64,000 nt of DNA from the human T2T-CHM13v2.0 reference genome, Homo sapiens. Below, piece after piece: positions 39,352-60,987 of the stretch; position 1 is the first letter of the stretch; every line of letters starts with the position of its first letter. The DNA lies in the NCBI RefSeq assembly GCF_009914755.1, contig NC_060929.1. One strand, given 5' to 3'. The position numbers were made by a program, and so were the translations under genes. The notes beneath the pieces were generated by a model, which did not search any database, was not told the origin of the DNA, and saw only the letters and a list, made by a program, of their open reading frames with translations.

Positions 39352-40444
39352 ATTAAATTGCTTTTTAACAGTGTATTGGAATAAATTCTTGTGGTACTAA
39401 TGAAGTCAGTGACCTAATTCTCCATAATGGAATAGGGCCCAAATGTTAAGTAGGAGGGCTGATTCTAGTTAAATTTAAAAAGCTGTCATTAGAGAAAACA
39501 TTAGGCAGATAAGCTAGAAAATTGTCATTCGTATTGAAACTCTGAGAACATTATGTCCGGTCTCCAGTTGAAGGTAGTTATAAACTTAAATTAGAAAATG
39601 TAGACTGTCTTGTTCTAGAAAAGTATAATATTCAACATCATTGCCTGTTGATTACTTGGGAGACTTTTTTTAGAAAACATCTGTCATGTTGCAGTTTAAA
39701 TAGAATTATATTTTATTAGGCAAATGATATATAGGCACAATTTCTTAGTTTTTTTCTTATGTTGCAGTTTAATTAATTTATTAAAATGAGAAAAAAGTCA
39801 AACAATACAAATTCAATTAGAACATCACAAAAATACAAATGTACTTCCACAGATCTACAAATTTGTTATAAGATTAGTTATAATTCAGTGTGTTATAAAA
39901 TTAAGAGAACCAAAATGAAACACTTTGCTAAGAATATTCTGCTTTATCAAACCACCTAGGTAGAGTCTTGAGCACTCACTGGTAATAAAGCTGAGAAATA
40001 GATACTTACCCAACTTAGTCTTTGGAGTGAATCTGTATATGTGAGATGAGCCGCCATGTCATGGTTATAAGGAAGGGATGGAATCGGCTCATGTCCCTCA
40101 AAGCCCATAATTGTCATGTCTCCTGTAGTAGTAGTACAAGACCTGGCCTGGAAATTGTTAGAAAGGGGAACTACCAAACAGAAAACTGAATCTACCCAGT
40201 TTCTGGAAAACAACAGATGGAGGAACATTTGGCTTCCAAACTTTTTCATATGTAAGATAATTTTCCTAAGTAATCTTGCTCTAATGGGTTGTATATTCTC
40301 AGTACTTGTCAAGAAAACAGAAGTCTCCCATTAACTCTAGCTTCAAAGAATAAATACCAGGTCAGATTTCCCAATGCACCTTATTGTTTCAAGAGATTCC
40401 TGGTGGTGCCTGCATCTGTAAGAATGGTCATATACAGACAAAAT

Positions 40445-40648
40445 CAGTGGTTCTCAACTGAGGGTGCTTTTGTATCCTTAAAACATTTGCCAGTGTGTGG
40501 AGACATTCCTGGTTGTAATAAGTGGTGGCTTCTGCTGACATCTAGTTAATAATGGCAATACTATGAGACACAGGACTGCCCTCCTTTGCAACCAAGAAAA
40601 AATTTTCTGGCCCCCCAAAAGTGGAAGATGCTGAGGATTAAAAGCCCC
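40445..40648. mobile_element. MER20 (hAT-Charlie)
   Basis: cagtggttctcaac terminus and MER20-like body. Confidence 0.7.
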
Positions 40649-40749
40649 AGTATCAAGGAGAATACTTTGAGACCATTTTTTTTTCCTTACAAAAACACAA
40701 TATCCCCACCAATGTGAGATGTTAGATCACATTTTTGTACAAGGGTGGT

Positions 40750-40910
40750 TGTGGTAGGTAGAATTCTAAGATGCCCCAGGATATCTGCTTCTTTGTTACA
40801 ACTCTAATCATCCTCTTCCATAAGGTATGGCTACATCTGTGACTTGTTCTAGACAATTGATTATGGCAAAGGTGAGGGGATGCTCTCTGGCAATTACTTT
40901 TCCTTATATC
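40750..40910 (+). mobile_element. MLT1-type LTR 5' fragment
   Basis: Starts tgtggtaggtagaattctaagatg. Confidence 0.6.
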
Positions 40911-41042
40911 AGAAACAATAGGAATCTATATTTTCTTTCTATCTTGTGTTTGCTTTCATAATAAAGTGATCTAGAGTATCCCCCTGTTCATGGAAATTTT
41001 GCCCTTTAGTCTAAGGCCCTTCATACATAATTGAATATTGTT

Positions 41043-41795
41043 CTTTTTTAAATTTTAGATCCAGGGTGTACATGTGCAGGTTTGTTACATGAATATATTG
41101 GGTGATGCTGGGGTTTGGGCTTCTAGTGAACTCATCACCCAAATTAAGTAAACACAGTGCCCAGCAGGCAGTTTTTCAACTCTTGCCCCCTTCTCCCTCT
41201 CCCCTCTATTGGAGTTCCCAGTGTTTATTGTTTCCATCTTTACGTCCATGTGTACCCATTGTTCAGCTTTCACAAATGAGAACATGCAGTCTTTGATTTT
41301 CTGTTTCTGCATTAATTCACTTAGGATGATGGCCTCCACCTTCATCCATGTTGCCACAGAGGACATGATTTGATTCTTTTTTATTGCTGTGTAGTATTCC
41401 ATGATGTTTATGTACCACATTTCTTTATCCAATCCATTGTTGATGGACACTTAGGTTGATTCCTTGACTTTGCTATTGTGAATGGTTTCTTTTTGATAAA
41501 ATGAGTTATTTTTCTTTGGGTAGATACCAAGTAGTGAGACTGCTAGGTCAAATGGTAGTTCTGTTTTTAGTTCTTTGAGAAATCTCCATACTGTATTCCA
41601 TAGGGGTTGAATTGCTTTACATTCCCACCATTAGGGTATAAGCATTTCCTTTTCTCTGCATCCTTGCCAACAATAGCCATTCTGACTGGTATGAAATGGT
41701 ATTTCATGGTAGTTTTGATTTGCATTTCTGTGATGATTAGTGCTGTTGAGCATTTTTCGTGTTCATTGGCCATTTGTATGTTTTCTTTTGAAGAG
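41043..41795 (-). mobile_element. L1PB/L1MA 3' fragment
   Basis: ORF2 C-terminal remnants ([21 protein letters not shown]) plus 3'UTR. Confidence 0.85.
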
Positions 41796-42104
41796 TAGGT
41801 GTTGTGTTATCCTTTTTATTTTATGTTTCATATAATATATAGAGTCATTTTGTAAACCACATGCTTCTAGAAGCTGAAGGAATTTATAAGGAAAAAATTT
41901 GTCCCGATCCAGTGATTGAAATGTTAATGATTACTGTTTTTCAATCACATGAGATTTTTACATGTTCATCTATTCCCCAGACTCACCGTAGTAATACATT
42001 CCCAGCAACATTCAGTAATAAATGATTATTTGAGTACTTGTGCCTTGTATACGCTAAATTGTTGATGAGTAAAATACTTTATATAAGAATATACATTTGA
42101 GTGG

Positions 42105-42612
42105 TATAGAGGAGAAAAAGTAATATCTTCCTCACATCTATTGCAAGGTTTGTGGCTGAGACATCTATAACAAAAGATAGTTTGACAAGAGACTAGCATA
42201 CAATTTCATTTTGTGTAAGTTTTATGTGATACAGGAGACTTCAGAAATGAAGACCCAAAGAAACAGGGAAATCTGTGTATTTTTGGGCTTAGTTTTGATG
42301 AAGAGTGGACAGTCATACAGAAAGATGGTTGGACAAAGTTTATGATCTAATGATTATAAACTAGGAAGAACTTAGCCAGACCTGTTTGTTCAGATTCTTG
42401 TCTGTGTCTCTGTCTTCAGAAATAAGGACATTCCATTCCTTCTGTTATAGGGTAGACAGTTCTGGAATGAGGGTCTTAGGACTGACTTCAGAAGGTCAGA
42501 TAATTCTGTTATGTCCTACTTCAGGGGAGAGTGTCAGAGAGACCTTCCTGCTTCTGCTGTTTTCTCAAATGCCAAGCTGCCATATTTTGGGGATAGTGTG
42601 TCCTGGAAGCGC
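42105..42612 (-). mobile_element. ERV1 solo LTR, MER34-family-like
   Basis: Reverse-complement similarity to the LTR at 25061-25574. Confidence 0.7.
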
Positions 42613-43609
42613 ATTAGTGGATTGTTTAAATAAATACAGTTTTACTTTGCTGTGCTTGCACAAAGGTTCACACAATCATTATTATAGTATTGCTTAGTCT
42701 GGAAATAGCATATTAAATGTTGAAATATGTAGTGATTTAATACTCTGATGCTTTAAGACAAAACTGTAACCTATTGTGCATAAATATGGAAATGCTGTTT
42801 TTATTACATATTGATTGAAAATGAGATATACTATATGTTTGGGAGGTAAAGTTCTTTTTCAAAACGTAGTTTTGCCGAAGTAAAAAGTTTTTTGAAGCAA
42901 TAGACCTTGTCTGCAATTGGTTTATCTGAGACATTGTTTTGAATCTTGAATAATTTTAAAAAACATTCATTAATTCTTTTTGTTCTGGTGTTAACAACCA
43001 GTAGCATGAAAAAATATAAGAATAAAATTATTATTTAAAATATTTACTTATTTGATTTGATTAGATCAGAGAATTGCTACTCTTTTTTTAGCATTTTAAT
43101 GACACAAAAATAGTATGTAATTTTACTGCTTGGACATATTGAATTCTGACTTCTCTTTGTGAAATATTTTAAATCTTTTTCTAAAATTGTTAGAATTGTA
43201 AGCTGAAGGTTTTTCATGATCATCTAATTAAATTTTATCACTTAACTAAGAAATAAACCTGTGTCCCAGATAAATTAATGAGTTGACCATAGTTTGGGTT
43301 CTCAGCCTGCTTATATTTTATTTTACAACTATATATAAAATACTAATATGTAGAATATTAAAAATGTAAAATATTTAAAACCTGGCTAGATAAGTCCATA
43401 TAGACTTGTATTTTTTTTAATCAGGAGAATTACTGTATTTAATGGAGCAAAGAGAATGTTAATATTTTAATGTGTTTTTTGCTGTGGGTCAAAGAATGAT
43501 TTTAGGATGTGCTAAAAGAGAAATGACTATCCATCCTATACCTAGAATATATTTGTTTCCAAAGCCACAAGGTTTCCTAATTTAGGGGATCTTGGGCTTA
43601 ACTTTATTC

Positions 43610-43908
43610 TTTTTTTTTTTTTTTTTTGAGATGGAGTCTCACTCTGTCGCTCAGGCTGGAGTGCAGTGGGCGATCTCGGCTCACTGCAAGCTCCGCCTCC
43701 CGGGTTCATGCCATTCTTCTGCCTCAGCCTCCCAAGTACCTGGGACTACAGGCACCTGCACCACGCCCGGCTAATTTTTTTTGTATTTTTAGTAGAGATG
43801 GGGTTTCACCGTGTTAGCCAGGATGGTCTCGATCTCTTGACCTCGTGATCCGCCTGCCTAGGCCTCCCAAAGTGCTGGGATTACAGGCGTGGGCCACCGT
43901 GCCCGGCC
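43610..43908 (-). mobile_element. AluY
   Basis: Y diagnostics; TSD aactttattc at 43600-43609 and 43909-43918. Confidence 0.95.
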
Positions 43909-44182
43909 AACTTTATTCATTTCTTCTGATAGATACTGTCTAGGTCTATCATATTGATGGAATGGCTTGGAGGGTTTAACAGACATCTAACCCTGCTGAT
44001 GTAAGAGTATTACAGAGGGTTGGAAGTGTGCAGTATAAGAAATATGACAAATGTAACACCTGCAGAGATTATTTTTATATACCTTTGGAAGGGTTTTTTT
44101 TTTCTTTTTTTGCTATCTTGCTGTTAAATACACAGGAAAGGACATATTTCATTGAGCAGCAGAGGCAGTGCTAATGGAAAAG

Positions 44183-44250
44183 GTAATTTTACAAAGTTAC
44201 AGTAATTTTTTAATTTTACAGTAATTTTACAGTAATTTCACAGTAATTTT
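44183..44250. repeat. Short tandem repeat of ~11-bp ACAGTAATTTT
   Basis: About 4-5 imperfect copies visible. Confidence 0.8.
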
Positions 44251-46974
44251 GTGACAGAAATTTGAAATCTTAAATGTTTTCCCATATGTTTTCCTCAGTG
44301 GGGATTGAGGGGAAGGATCCTCATTGTGAAAATGGGCTTCATGACTGTAAACATGGTTTTATTTTTTAAAAATATAGTGAATACATTTCATTGTTATCTG
44401 CTTATCTACAGTATTTTTTGAAAGGCCACTTTGGTTCACATGTAGGATTTTAAGATAAATGTGTTTGATCTTTGTTTTTAGATTTCTAAATTCATATTTT
44501 AAAGTACTATATTTACATTTCTTTTCTCATCCAAAGTGGAGCTTTTCTTATGCTCTTTTAATTACCTGAGTCTTTAAATGTTAGAACTCAAAGGTAAAAG
44601 ATTTATCTTTGTGTAAATATGAAAAATATCTTAAGGTGCAAAATTATCCTTTGGGTTTGACCCAAGTGTTTTTACTTTTTAAATCTCCTTGATCCTGTTT
44701 CAGGGAGACAGCATGACTTATCCTTGTTTAATATTGTAGCAAGTTGCCAAAGATAACTATTGGTTATTAATCTCTTTTTTTTTTTTACAATCTTTTATCT
44801 TTTAGGTTAGTAAATGCTTACTTTTCATTTATTTCTGTAAGCAGGACTTTAATTTTGATTAAACCTAAAAATGATTTATTTTTCCTCAGCTGTATTAATG
44901 TACATTGGTCATTGAAACTCCGTGATCATTGGACTCAGTACTTTTTGTGTTAATCACATTCTGAAAATGTGACTTCTGTGTTAAATTTTAAAAATGTTTT
45001 TTTTGTTAGAAAATTATGAATCTGTCATTCAGCTTCTGGAAACAAGGATTTGTTCCATGTCATTGTGGACATAGAAGGTCAAATAGTTTAAGCAGACATG
45101 TGCACAAACGTAGATGTTGCGAATTCTCTCATCACTTGATCCTCAAGCCTTAAGTCATCAAAGTGGACATCTTAGGTTGGCAGATAGTTCTTTTGATTAT
45201 GAGTAAGTAGCAAACAGAAGCATTGCCTGTATCATCTTTCCCCTTTACACTGTTCTAACACATTGCCAAAGCACTTCTAAAATTTGCTTTAATCAGGTGG
45301 TTCAGTTTTTTTAATTGAATTTAAATAAGAATTCTGTCTACTTTTCATCTCATTACTGACTTTTGAACAAGTAAATGACTGTGCTTGCATTGTAGATTTA
45401 AACTATAGATACATGTTTCCATATATAACATATAAGCGAGGAATGTTACCAGTTACTCCTTTTCCTCCCCTGCTTACTACCCTCTCACCAGTATACCCGC
45501 CCTCCCTCCATAGAAGCCCCCACAACAATTTGGTATATATCCTTCCAGACTTTTTTCAGTGTATGTATATGCATATATTTAAGTTTATATGTCCTTTGGT
45601 GAAATGTCATGATTTTCTTAGTATAAGTTTTTCACATTTCTTATTAAAATTATGCCTAGATATTTTAGTTTTATCACTATTTCAGATGAAGTTTCTTCAT
45701 TACATTTTCTAGTTGAGTATTGCTAATATTTAAAGTTGATTTTGCATATAAGCCACATTATGTACTGTCTCTTTAGTTGTCATGGTTTTTCAAGGGATTC
45801 ACTTTGATTTTCTAGTTATATAATCTAACAATAGTGGCAGTTTGTTTTCTCCTTATAGCCAATTTCTCTTTCTTGCCTTGTTGCATTGGCTAGAATTTGC
45901 AAAGTTGAGTATCATTCATGATATTCAACATCCTTATTCCCTTTTTCTTCTTTAGCAGAAATGTTTCTGATATAATAAAATGGACAAAGTTCTTTTCTAA
46001 TCTTGATCTACCAATAATTAAAAAAAATCAGGAATGGGTATTAAGTATTAATGTTTTTGTAACATCTGTTGAAGGGCATTTTCTGTAGTGAATTTCAGTT
46101 ACCTATTTTCTGATCCAATTATATGTTTTATAATTGGATATGTATTTACTATTTTTAAGTAATATGTATTTGTTAATATGTATTTAACATTTTTGCATCC
46201 ACCCAATCTGTGGAATTGGCCTGATGCAGGGTGGAGGGAGTGTGCACACATAACTTCTATAGCAGAATATAATTTTTTTTTGCTCAGCTATTTGGCATTT
46301 CTTACCTCAGAAATATTTTAAAATAACAAAAGTGTTTATTAAAATATTGGTTTTAATATTACATATTTTTTCTCTACGGTCTTCATTATGTCTGTCTCCT
46401 ATTTGCAGAAAGATGACCACCTGATATTTCTGAATGGTGCTAATCAAACTAACAGCATTTAGAGCCACTTATAACTGCTACTGATACTTAAACTAAAAAA
46501 TAAACAAATAAGCTAAGCTTCCCGAGAAGAAACTCATTCACTTGCCGTTCTGTGCCATTCAGAGGGCATCTAATTAAAATTCTCAGTGCCAAAATGTTTC
46601 ACCAATACCTTTTATGCATGAATAGTTCTCTTAGGTAAATCAAGAGTCAGTTATAATGCTAATTTTTACATTGTATTGATACTTAGATCTGTTTTGAATA
46701 ATATTAAATAGGCTTTGCTCATAAGCAGAAAATGATCATTGAAATTCACAAATGGTAAGTATCTTCACAAAGTCTGTTTTATGGTGTAGAACAAAAAGCA
46801 ATCTGCCAACCAATGTTGGACATTATAATTATGAAACAATTTTTGATATTTTATTGGTTTACTGATGTTCATTAGTGTCTAGTAAAGTATATGAAAATGA
46901 TATTGGAGGAAAAATATCTAAAATCAACCTTGGAAATGTGTACAACGTATTATTTTGCCAGGCTTAATATTGCT

Positions 46975-47400
46975 TTTTAAACTTTATTGAAATATACATT
47001 AAGAAAAGTATACAGATCAGAAGCATACAGCTTCATGAATTTTTACAACCGGAACACACATGCATGTGAGTAGTACCCAGATGGAGAAACAGCATTTCCA
47101 GTATCTCAGAAGTTCCCATTTCATCCCATGCTTTTTTCAGATTTCAGCCTTCCAGAGGTAACCACCGTTCTGACTTCTAACAACATAGATTAGTTTTGCC
47201 TATTTTTTTTTTTTTTTTTTTACTTAAAGAGAATCATCCTTTATGTGCTCTTTTGTGACTGGCTTTTTTGCTTAACTTTGTGAGATTCATCCATTCCATG
47301 CTATTTATTGATGGTTATTTGTGTAAATTTCTTTGGGTTTTTATGTATAATACAGTACTAAAATGAAGAATCTCGTATATATCTTTTAGTGGATATGTGG
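46975..47400 (-). mobile_element. Old L1M 3' fragment
   Basis: L1MC/ME-like 3'UTR motifs (ggtaaccaccgttctgacttctaacaacatagattagttttgcc). Confidence 0.65.
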
Positions 47401-49425
47401 CTTTCTAATATGCTAATTAGTCCCTGAAATATTAGTCACTAGTTAATATTCAAACAATTAATATAGAGATAACAATAATCTATTAATTATCTGATCCCTT
47501 ATGTTTCTCAAGTTAATGACAGTAGCAACTTGATAAGTTTTGTTCCAACAGACAGTTAAATTACTGATAGATCCACCTTGAACTTGTGGAGGATTATGCA
47601 TCATTGGAGTGGATCTGTTTCAGTTTTAGCCTTAGTCTTGGAACCTAGTGTTAAAAAATAAAAAGGCACGGCCTTTCTGAAGTTTTGATGGAAAGCACAA
47701 GGTGTTTACCCACATTCTCCCTTCAGACTCAGTCTCCCCTGTAACAGGCAGCTGCTGAAATCTTTGCTCAATTCTTTCAGCCTTCCCAGCTTCATTTTGA
47801 AACCTTGCTGAATCATGTACAGTTCAAAAGCTCCCTGCTCTGTGGATACTCTCTTCCAGCTGCTCTGGCAATCCTGGACTCCGTCTCCAGGCTCCTTGCA
47901 CTGAGATTACGGCTTTCTGCTTGAGTTCTCGATGCTCCTAGCTTGTCTAGACTAGAGAATACCTTATGGGAAACACCGTATAAAGTTGGATCTAAATCCA
48001 ACTTTAGATTGGTTCCTTTTTTTTAAAGATTGAATTCTCTAGAAGTTTATTTTTTTTTTTCTATTAGTCACTCTCTGGTCTCTGAAAATTATTTTTCTGT
48101 TTTGTCCAGAGTTTATAGTTAGGCAGATAAATCTGATATAATATTCTGCCATTACCCAAATTGGAACTTCAGTAATTGAGAAATGAGCAAATAAAGTCTA
48201 AAAATAAAAGAACAAATTATCTTTAGTGGACCAGGTTGAAAGAGAGATTGTATACAGTTGGAGGAGGGTAGGATATGAAAGACTTCATGGAATAGGTTGG
48301 TATTCAAAGTGAAGCATGAGGGATTATTTGGATGGACTTCCATGTGCAGAGAGTAGGAGAGCATTTCAAGAGGAAGGAACAAATTGAACTGATGGGAAAG
48401 TACACCTTGCATTTATAAAAACAATTAGCAACCTGATTTGACTAGTTGGTTACTTCTCAGGGGAGTAATTAAAAAGAAGGCTAGAAAGTAGTTCTGTCCA
48501 TATTATAGAAGTGCTTAAATGCCAAGGTAGAAGACTGAAGTTAATGTGATAGACAGTGAAAACTGTTTGAAATTTTTGAACTGGGCAGAGAGTGAGTTTG
48601 GGATTTGAACTTTAGGAAGACATCTTGGTGAAGGGTGGATTGGAGTCAAGGAGGCAGAAAGATTAGTTAGGATGGGGTTATGGGAATAATGAAAAAGAGC
48701 TTAAACTGGTGGTGACAGCATACCTAAAAAAGAACTACAAAATACAGGAAATGAAGGAGAATGAGAAGGGTAGAAACTGAATGGCTGGAAGAATAGTGGC
48801 TTCTTCCAGTGGATGAATGTTGTTACTATTGGATATATTGGATATAAGTTGTTACTATTTGATTTCTATATGTATGTATTCATAAATAAAGTGAGGATAA
48901 TAATAAAGGCTATACCATCTTTGCAGGAAACAGAGTTCTGATCTCCTGGCTTCTGTCTTGTTTCTTATTCTCAACTAAGCCAATGTGCCTGTCAACACTT
49001 ATCAGATTACTGCATCATATTTATGTTGATACTTCTGTTCTCAGTATATATACTTTAACTATCAACTGGAAAATCGTGTGCGCTTTGAAAAGGAGGAACC
49101 AATATAAAATTATGATATTATTAGTACTAATATAGCCAGCCATATGAAGCTCTTTTGCTTACAAAGGGTAGGGGTGGGTTATGATAAGAATATATATAAT
49201 TATAGGAATCTCAGAGTAGCAACCATGGTCTGTGACCAGAACATTGGCAGCAGTAATTAGTGGGTCTTCCCGTCAGTGAGAGGTACTCCCCATTTATTCT
49301 CTTCTTTCTATATCTCATATCTTTCCCCATCCAAATTACCTTTTGAATCCTCCTTTCTATATTTTTTACTTCCACATTTCTAAGCAATGTTTCATAGAAT
49401 GCTATATTCACCTCTGAGAGATTCA

Positions 49426-49837
<412 letters not shown>

Positions 49838-50343
49838 TTAACACTGTCCTACATTGAAGAATTCAATTGGATGTCAGATCTTAGAGCTTTATTTTTTTAT
49901 GCTTTAAAAGAATATTGTTAATGATGGAAGGTTTGTCAGGAGTGAGCGATCTTCAAAAAGGAGACTCAGAAGAAGTTAATTTAAAAAAAGAATGTGTATT
50001 GTTGCATTTTCTTGAGTAATGATAGGACTAGCAATTTTACACATCAGTAATCTTGATAGTAAATTTTAATTTCCATTTAAGAATCCTCTTGGGTTTTAAA
50101 ATTCATCTCAAATTGTTTTTTTAGAGTGGAATAAAATTATTAAAGACTAACAATGCCTTTGCAATTATGAATTTTATTATTTGACAATACATATTAGAAA
50201 ATCTCCCAAATTTAACACAGAAAAAGGTATTCCAACTAACAGTTTTAAAGAAATTATTACAAATAAAATATTCCATCAATAATATACTTATTTGATTTTA
50301 TAGTAGCTGTTTATTTTAAATATTGATTTTGTTTCTCAGCTAA

Positions 50344-50490
<147 letters not shown>

Positions 50491-51266
50491 TAATGATTTT
50501 ATGTTCTTAACCTTAATTAAAACCAATTAAGTATACAGAATTTGAGTTGGAATCCAGTGGTTTCATTGTATCTAATCCAGTGGTTTCAGACTTTAACTAC
50601 ATCAGAACACCCACCTCCAAAAAAAAAAAAAAAAAAAAAACCTAAATTGGAATGCTCATACAACATGTAAAAGACAGACTGCTCTAATTTGAAGTACCAA
50701 CAGGGAATGAAACTACTTAACGCCTACCTTGTGTATGAATTCCTCTGTAAAATTACTAACATTTTGTTGAACTTCAATTGAACATATATGGCAGCCTATT
50801 CTAGTTTTGACACCTCTGTTTACCATTAAGTTCTTTCAGCCAAACGTAATGCCAAAATCTAGTCTATTAATCTATTTAATAACTCAATTATTTGAAAATA
50901 TTGTCTTATTGCCTGTAAAATTTCCCTTCAGTCTAAATGCCCACATTTGCTACTTTTCTAGATATAGTGGGCCTAATACCAAGCCTAATCTCAACTGTAT
51001 AATAATATTAATGTGGCCTAAGAGTATATTTGCTTTTGGGGCAGCCACCTAACATCATTGGGTTATGTTGATCTTGCTATCAACAAAAATGCAAAATGTC
51101 TTCCTTTTTCCTTATTTTCTGCTGTTAAGCCAACATAGTATAGTGAAAGGAAGTTTTGCAGTCAGACTAATATGGATTCTAATCTTGGTTATGCCACTTT
51201 GAAGCTATATGATTTTGGATTAATTTCATAATGGACTTAATGTTTCTCAGTTGAAATAAGGGTACC

Positions 51267-51364
51267 TACCTCATGAAGTGGGTGATAGCTGATACATAAT
51301 AGATGTTCTGCTTGATACCTCATGAAGTGGGTGATAGCTGATACGTAATAGATACTACTTGATA
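51267..51364. repeat. ~49-bp tandem duplication in a MIR-like segment
   Basis: tacctcatgaagtgggtgatagctgatac(a/g)taatagat... starts at 51267 and again at 51316. Confidence 0.9.
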
Positions 51365-51845
51365 ACTATTAGTTCTGACCTTCACCTCCCTCCAGCCAGT
51401 ATTTCTGCTGTTTGTCTTCCTTAGATTCAAATGCACTACTAAACATTTGTACCTAATGTATCCTGTTATTCTAGTTTCTCAAATTGAATTTGTCTCTTTA
51501 AGTGCATTGTTACTGTAAGGCAGTATATAAAAATAAGAAATTAGTGTTCTCTAACATTATCTGAAATACAAATGTGAAAGCACTATAAAGGTTATAATCT
51601 AACATATTTGCTTTTCTTTTTCACCTAGTATTGTATAGCTTATGATTAAAAGTCTGAAGTCAACCTATCTGCCTTTGAATCTGTATGTCACTACCTGTAT
51701 GACTTTATACTTCTATTTCCTCATACGTGCAATGAGAATTGCTGTGGTGATTAAATGAGTTAATAAAAGTGTTTAGAGACTAGGGTCTGACAAATACTAT
51801 ATGATAGTATATAAGTATACCCTATTCTGTTATTAATAGACTTTT

Positions 51846-57814
<5,969 letters not shown>

Positions 57815-58489
57815 TTAATAGACCTTTAAAAACTTTTTAAAAAGAGGTTCTTAAGTGCAATTCCTTACTTATACTTTCTTGGCAAGTTCCAAATTTCTTA
57901 ATTACATAATTGTTTTCAAAAGTGGTCTTTTAAAATACTATTTTGACTTAAAATAACATTACTCTCTTTGTGAACTGTAACATAGTTATGAAAAACAGTT
58001 CCATTAATTTTTTTATCTTTTCAGCCTATTATATTTCATGTCTGACACTTTGAAAATTATTCATTTGAAGTCTGTCACATGAGTTTAATAACAGGAAATC
58101 TAATTAAATATTTAAATCCCTGGTTAGTCTTTCTCTAAGTGGTCACAAGGACTGCATGACTACAGTTGCCATGTGAATTGCCAGTGTGAGCTCACCACTG
58201 TTCCTATTAAAATCAAGTGCCTTTCTATCTGACTTCTACCTCCCCGGGAAAGAAAATTGAGGAACACTATCAAAGTCTATAGAAAGTGTAACTTTAAAAA
58301 GCCTTGTGGTTAGTGACATAAAGTTGTAGGCTAACAGTGAATCAGGAATTTTAACCTTTAAGATAGCAGAACTATGTCCTATCTTGGTCACTGCTATGTG
58401 CCTAGCACCTAGCACCTAGCACAAAACCTGACATATAATGGACACTCAGTATCTGGTGGAATAAATGACTTTCTAAAATATATTTCTCT

Positions 58490-58813
<324 letters not shown>

Positions 58814-59019
58814 TCAAGAATTTGAAACCATTCTCCTCTCCTGGGAAAGTCCTTAATGATTATTCCACTCTTGATTTCGGTATAGTACTTATGATCTGCC
58901 TTATTTATTTAACATGTAGCATTCTATGTCCTTAAATAGATAAATCCTGTTTCTTCAGCTACAGTGGAAGGAAGATCTAAATAAACACCATTGAAGCATT
59001 ACAGAAGTGGAGGTGGGGA

Positions 59020-59470
<451 letters not shown>

Positions 59471-60197
59471 TCAGCTAGTGCTATTGAAGGTTGAGTGAAC
59501 CGATGTTCTGATAAGTTAAGGCATTTAAAAAAAAAAGGTTCAGATGCACTAATATGTAAAGACTACTGGATTAAGAGGCTGGTAACTAAGACTCTCATTC
59601 CACAGTGGTCTACATCACAGGAGAACTTGAACAAGTCATGCTTCACTACACTTAGCCTTTTAGAAGCATATTTCTTCATCTTTGAAATGAGAAGTTGGAT
59701 TGGGTGATGTCCAAAAACTATAGACTTAAGGATGTTAAAGCCCATGGGCTAGTTCGTCTTTATTTCTTTGCTATCTAGCCCAGTGCCTTACTCATATGCT
59801 GTATAGGGGGAAATGAGTTTTTGTTAATACAGCTGATTCTGTGTTAATAGTAAAATATGACAAAGGTTATACGTTTATGGGCATTAATGCTTGCCTTTCA
59901 GTAGTATCTAGAAATAGGAAGTTAGGGTAAAACTGCCACATACCTACACAAAAGATGATTTATGTATCACTTATCAAATTGTATTTTATATTAATGCAGC
60001 CTAAAAGTATATTAGCTTTTGACAGTTATTTGATTTGTATATCAATTATCAAATACAATTTGTTATCAATTGTATTTGAGATACAGTTGATTATTTGTAT
60101 ATCAATTCAGGGACTATTCTGAAGATAAAAGCCTACCTGTTATCTCCTTAGTTTTTTCATTTCCCTTTTAAATGTCAAATAAAAAGAGAAGTCATGA

Positions 60198-60638
<441 letters not shown>

Positions 60639-60814
60639 TAATAAGTATTGTCACCACAGAAAGTAACAAACACTAAATCATGAGCCAGGCACTATGCTAA
60701 GTGCTTTTCATTCTCATTTAGTAACTCTGTGAAGCAGGAACAGTTATCTCCATTTAATTGTTCAAGGCAACTGAGGTTTAGAGACATTATGTCACATTAA
60801 GTAACAGGGACACA

Positions 60815-60987
60815 TACAAGGAGGTGAACAAGTTTTATTTGAACAGTCATGTTTATTCATTTATATATAGTCTATGACTGCTTTTTGGCTACAGTGGTAG
60901 AAAAGTAGTTGTAATAGAGACTATATGGCCCCAGAGCCTAAAAATAATTACTACTTGGCCCTTTACAGAAAATTTTAGGTGACCTCT
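60815..60987. mobile_element. MER58-type hAT element
   Basis: gagcctaaaataattactacttggccctttacagaaaa motif typical of MER58. Confidence 0.7.

Noticed and set aside
39956-40549. Overlapping ORFs of 72-118 aa in non-repeat sequence
   Set aside because: No recognisable homology or convincing exon structure; lengths compatible with chance.
51267-51364. Repeats of about 37 bp as a CRISPR-like array
   Set aside because: Only two copies, the intervening sequence is also duplicated, and the context is eukaryotic; a simple tandem duplication.
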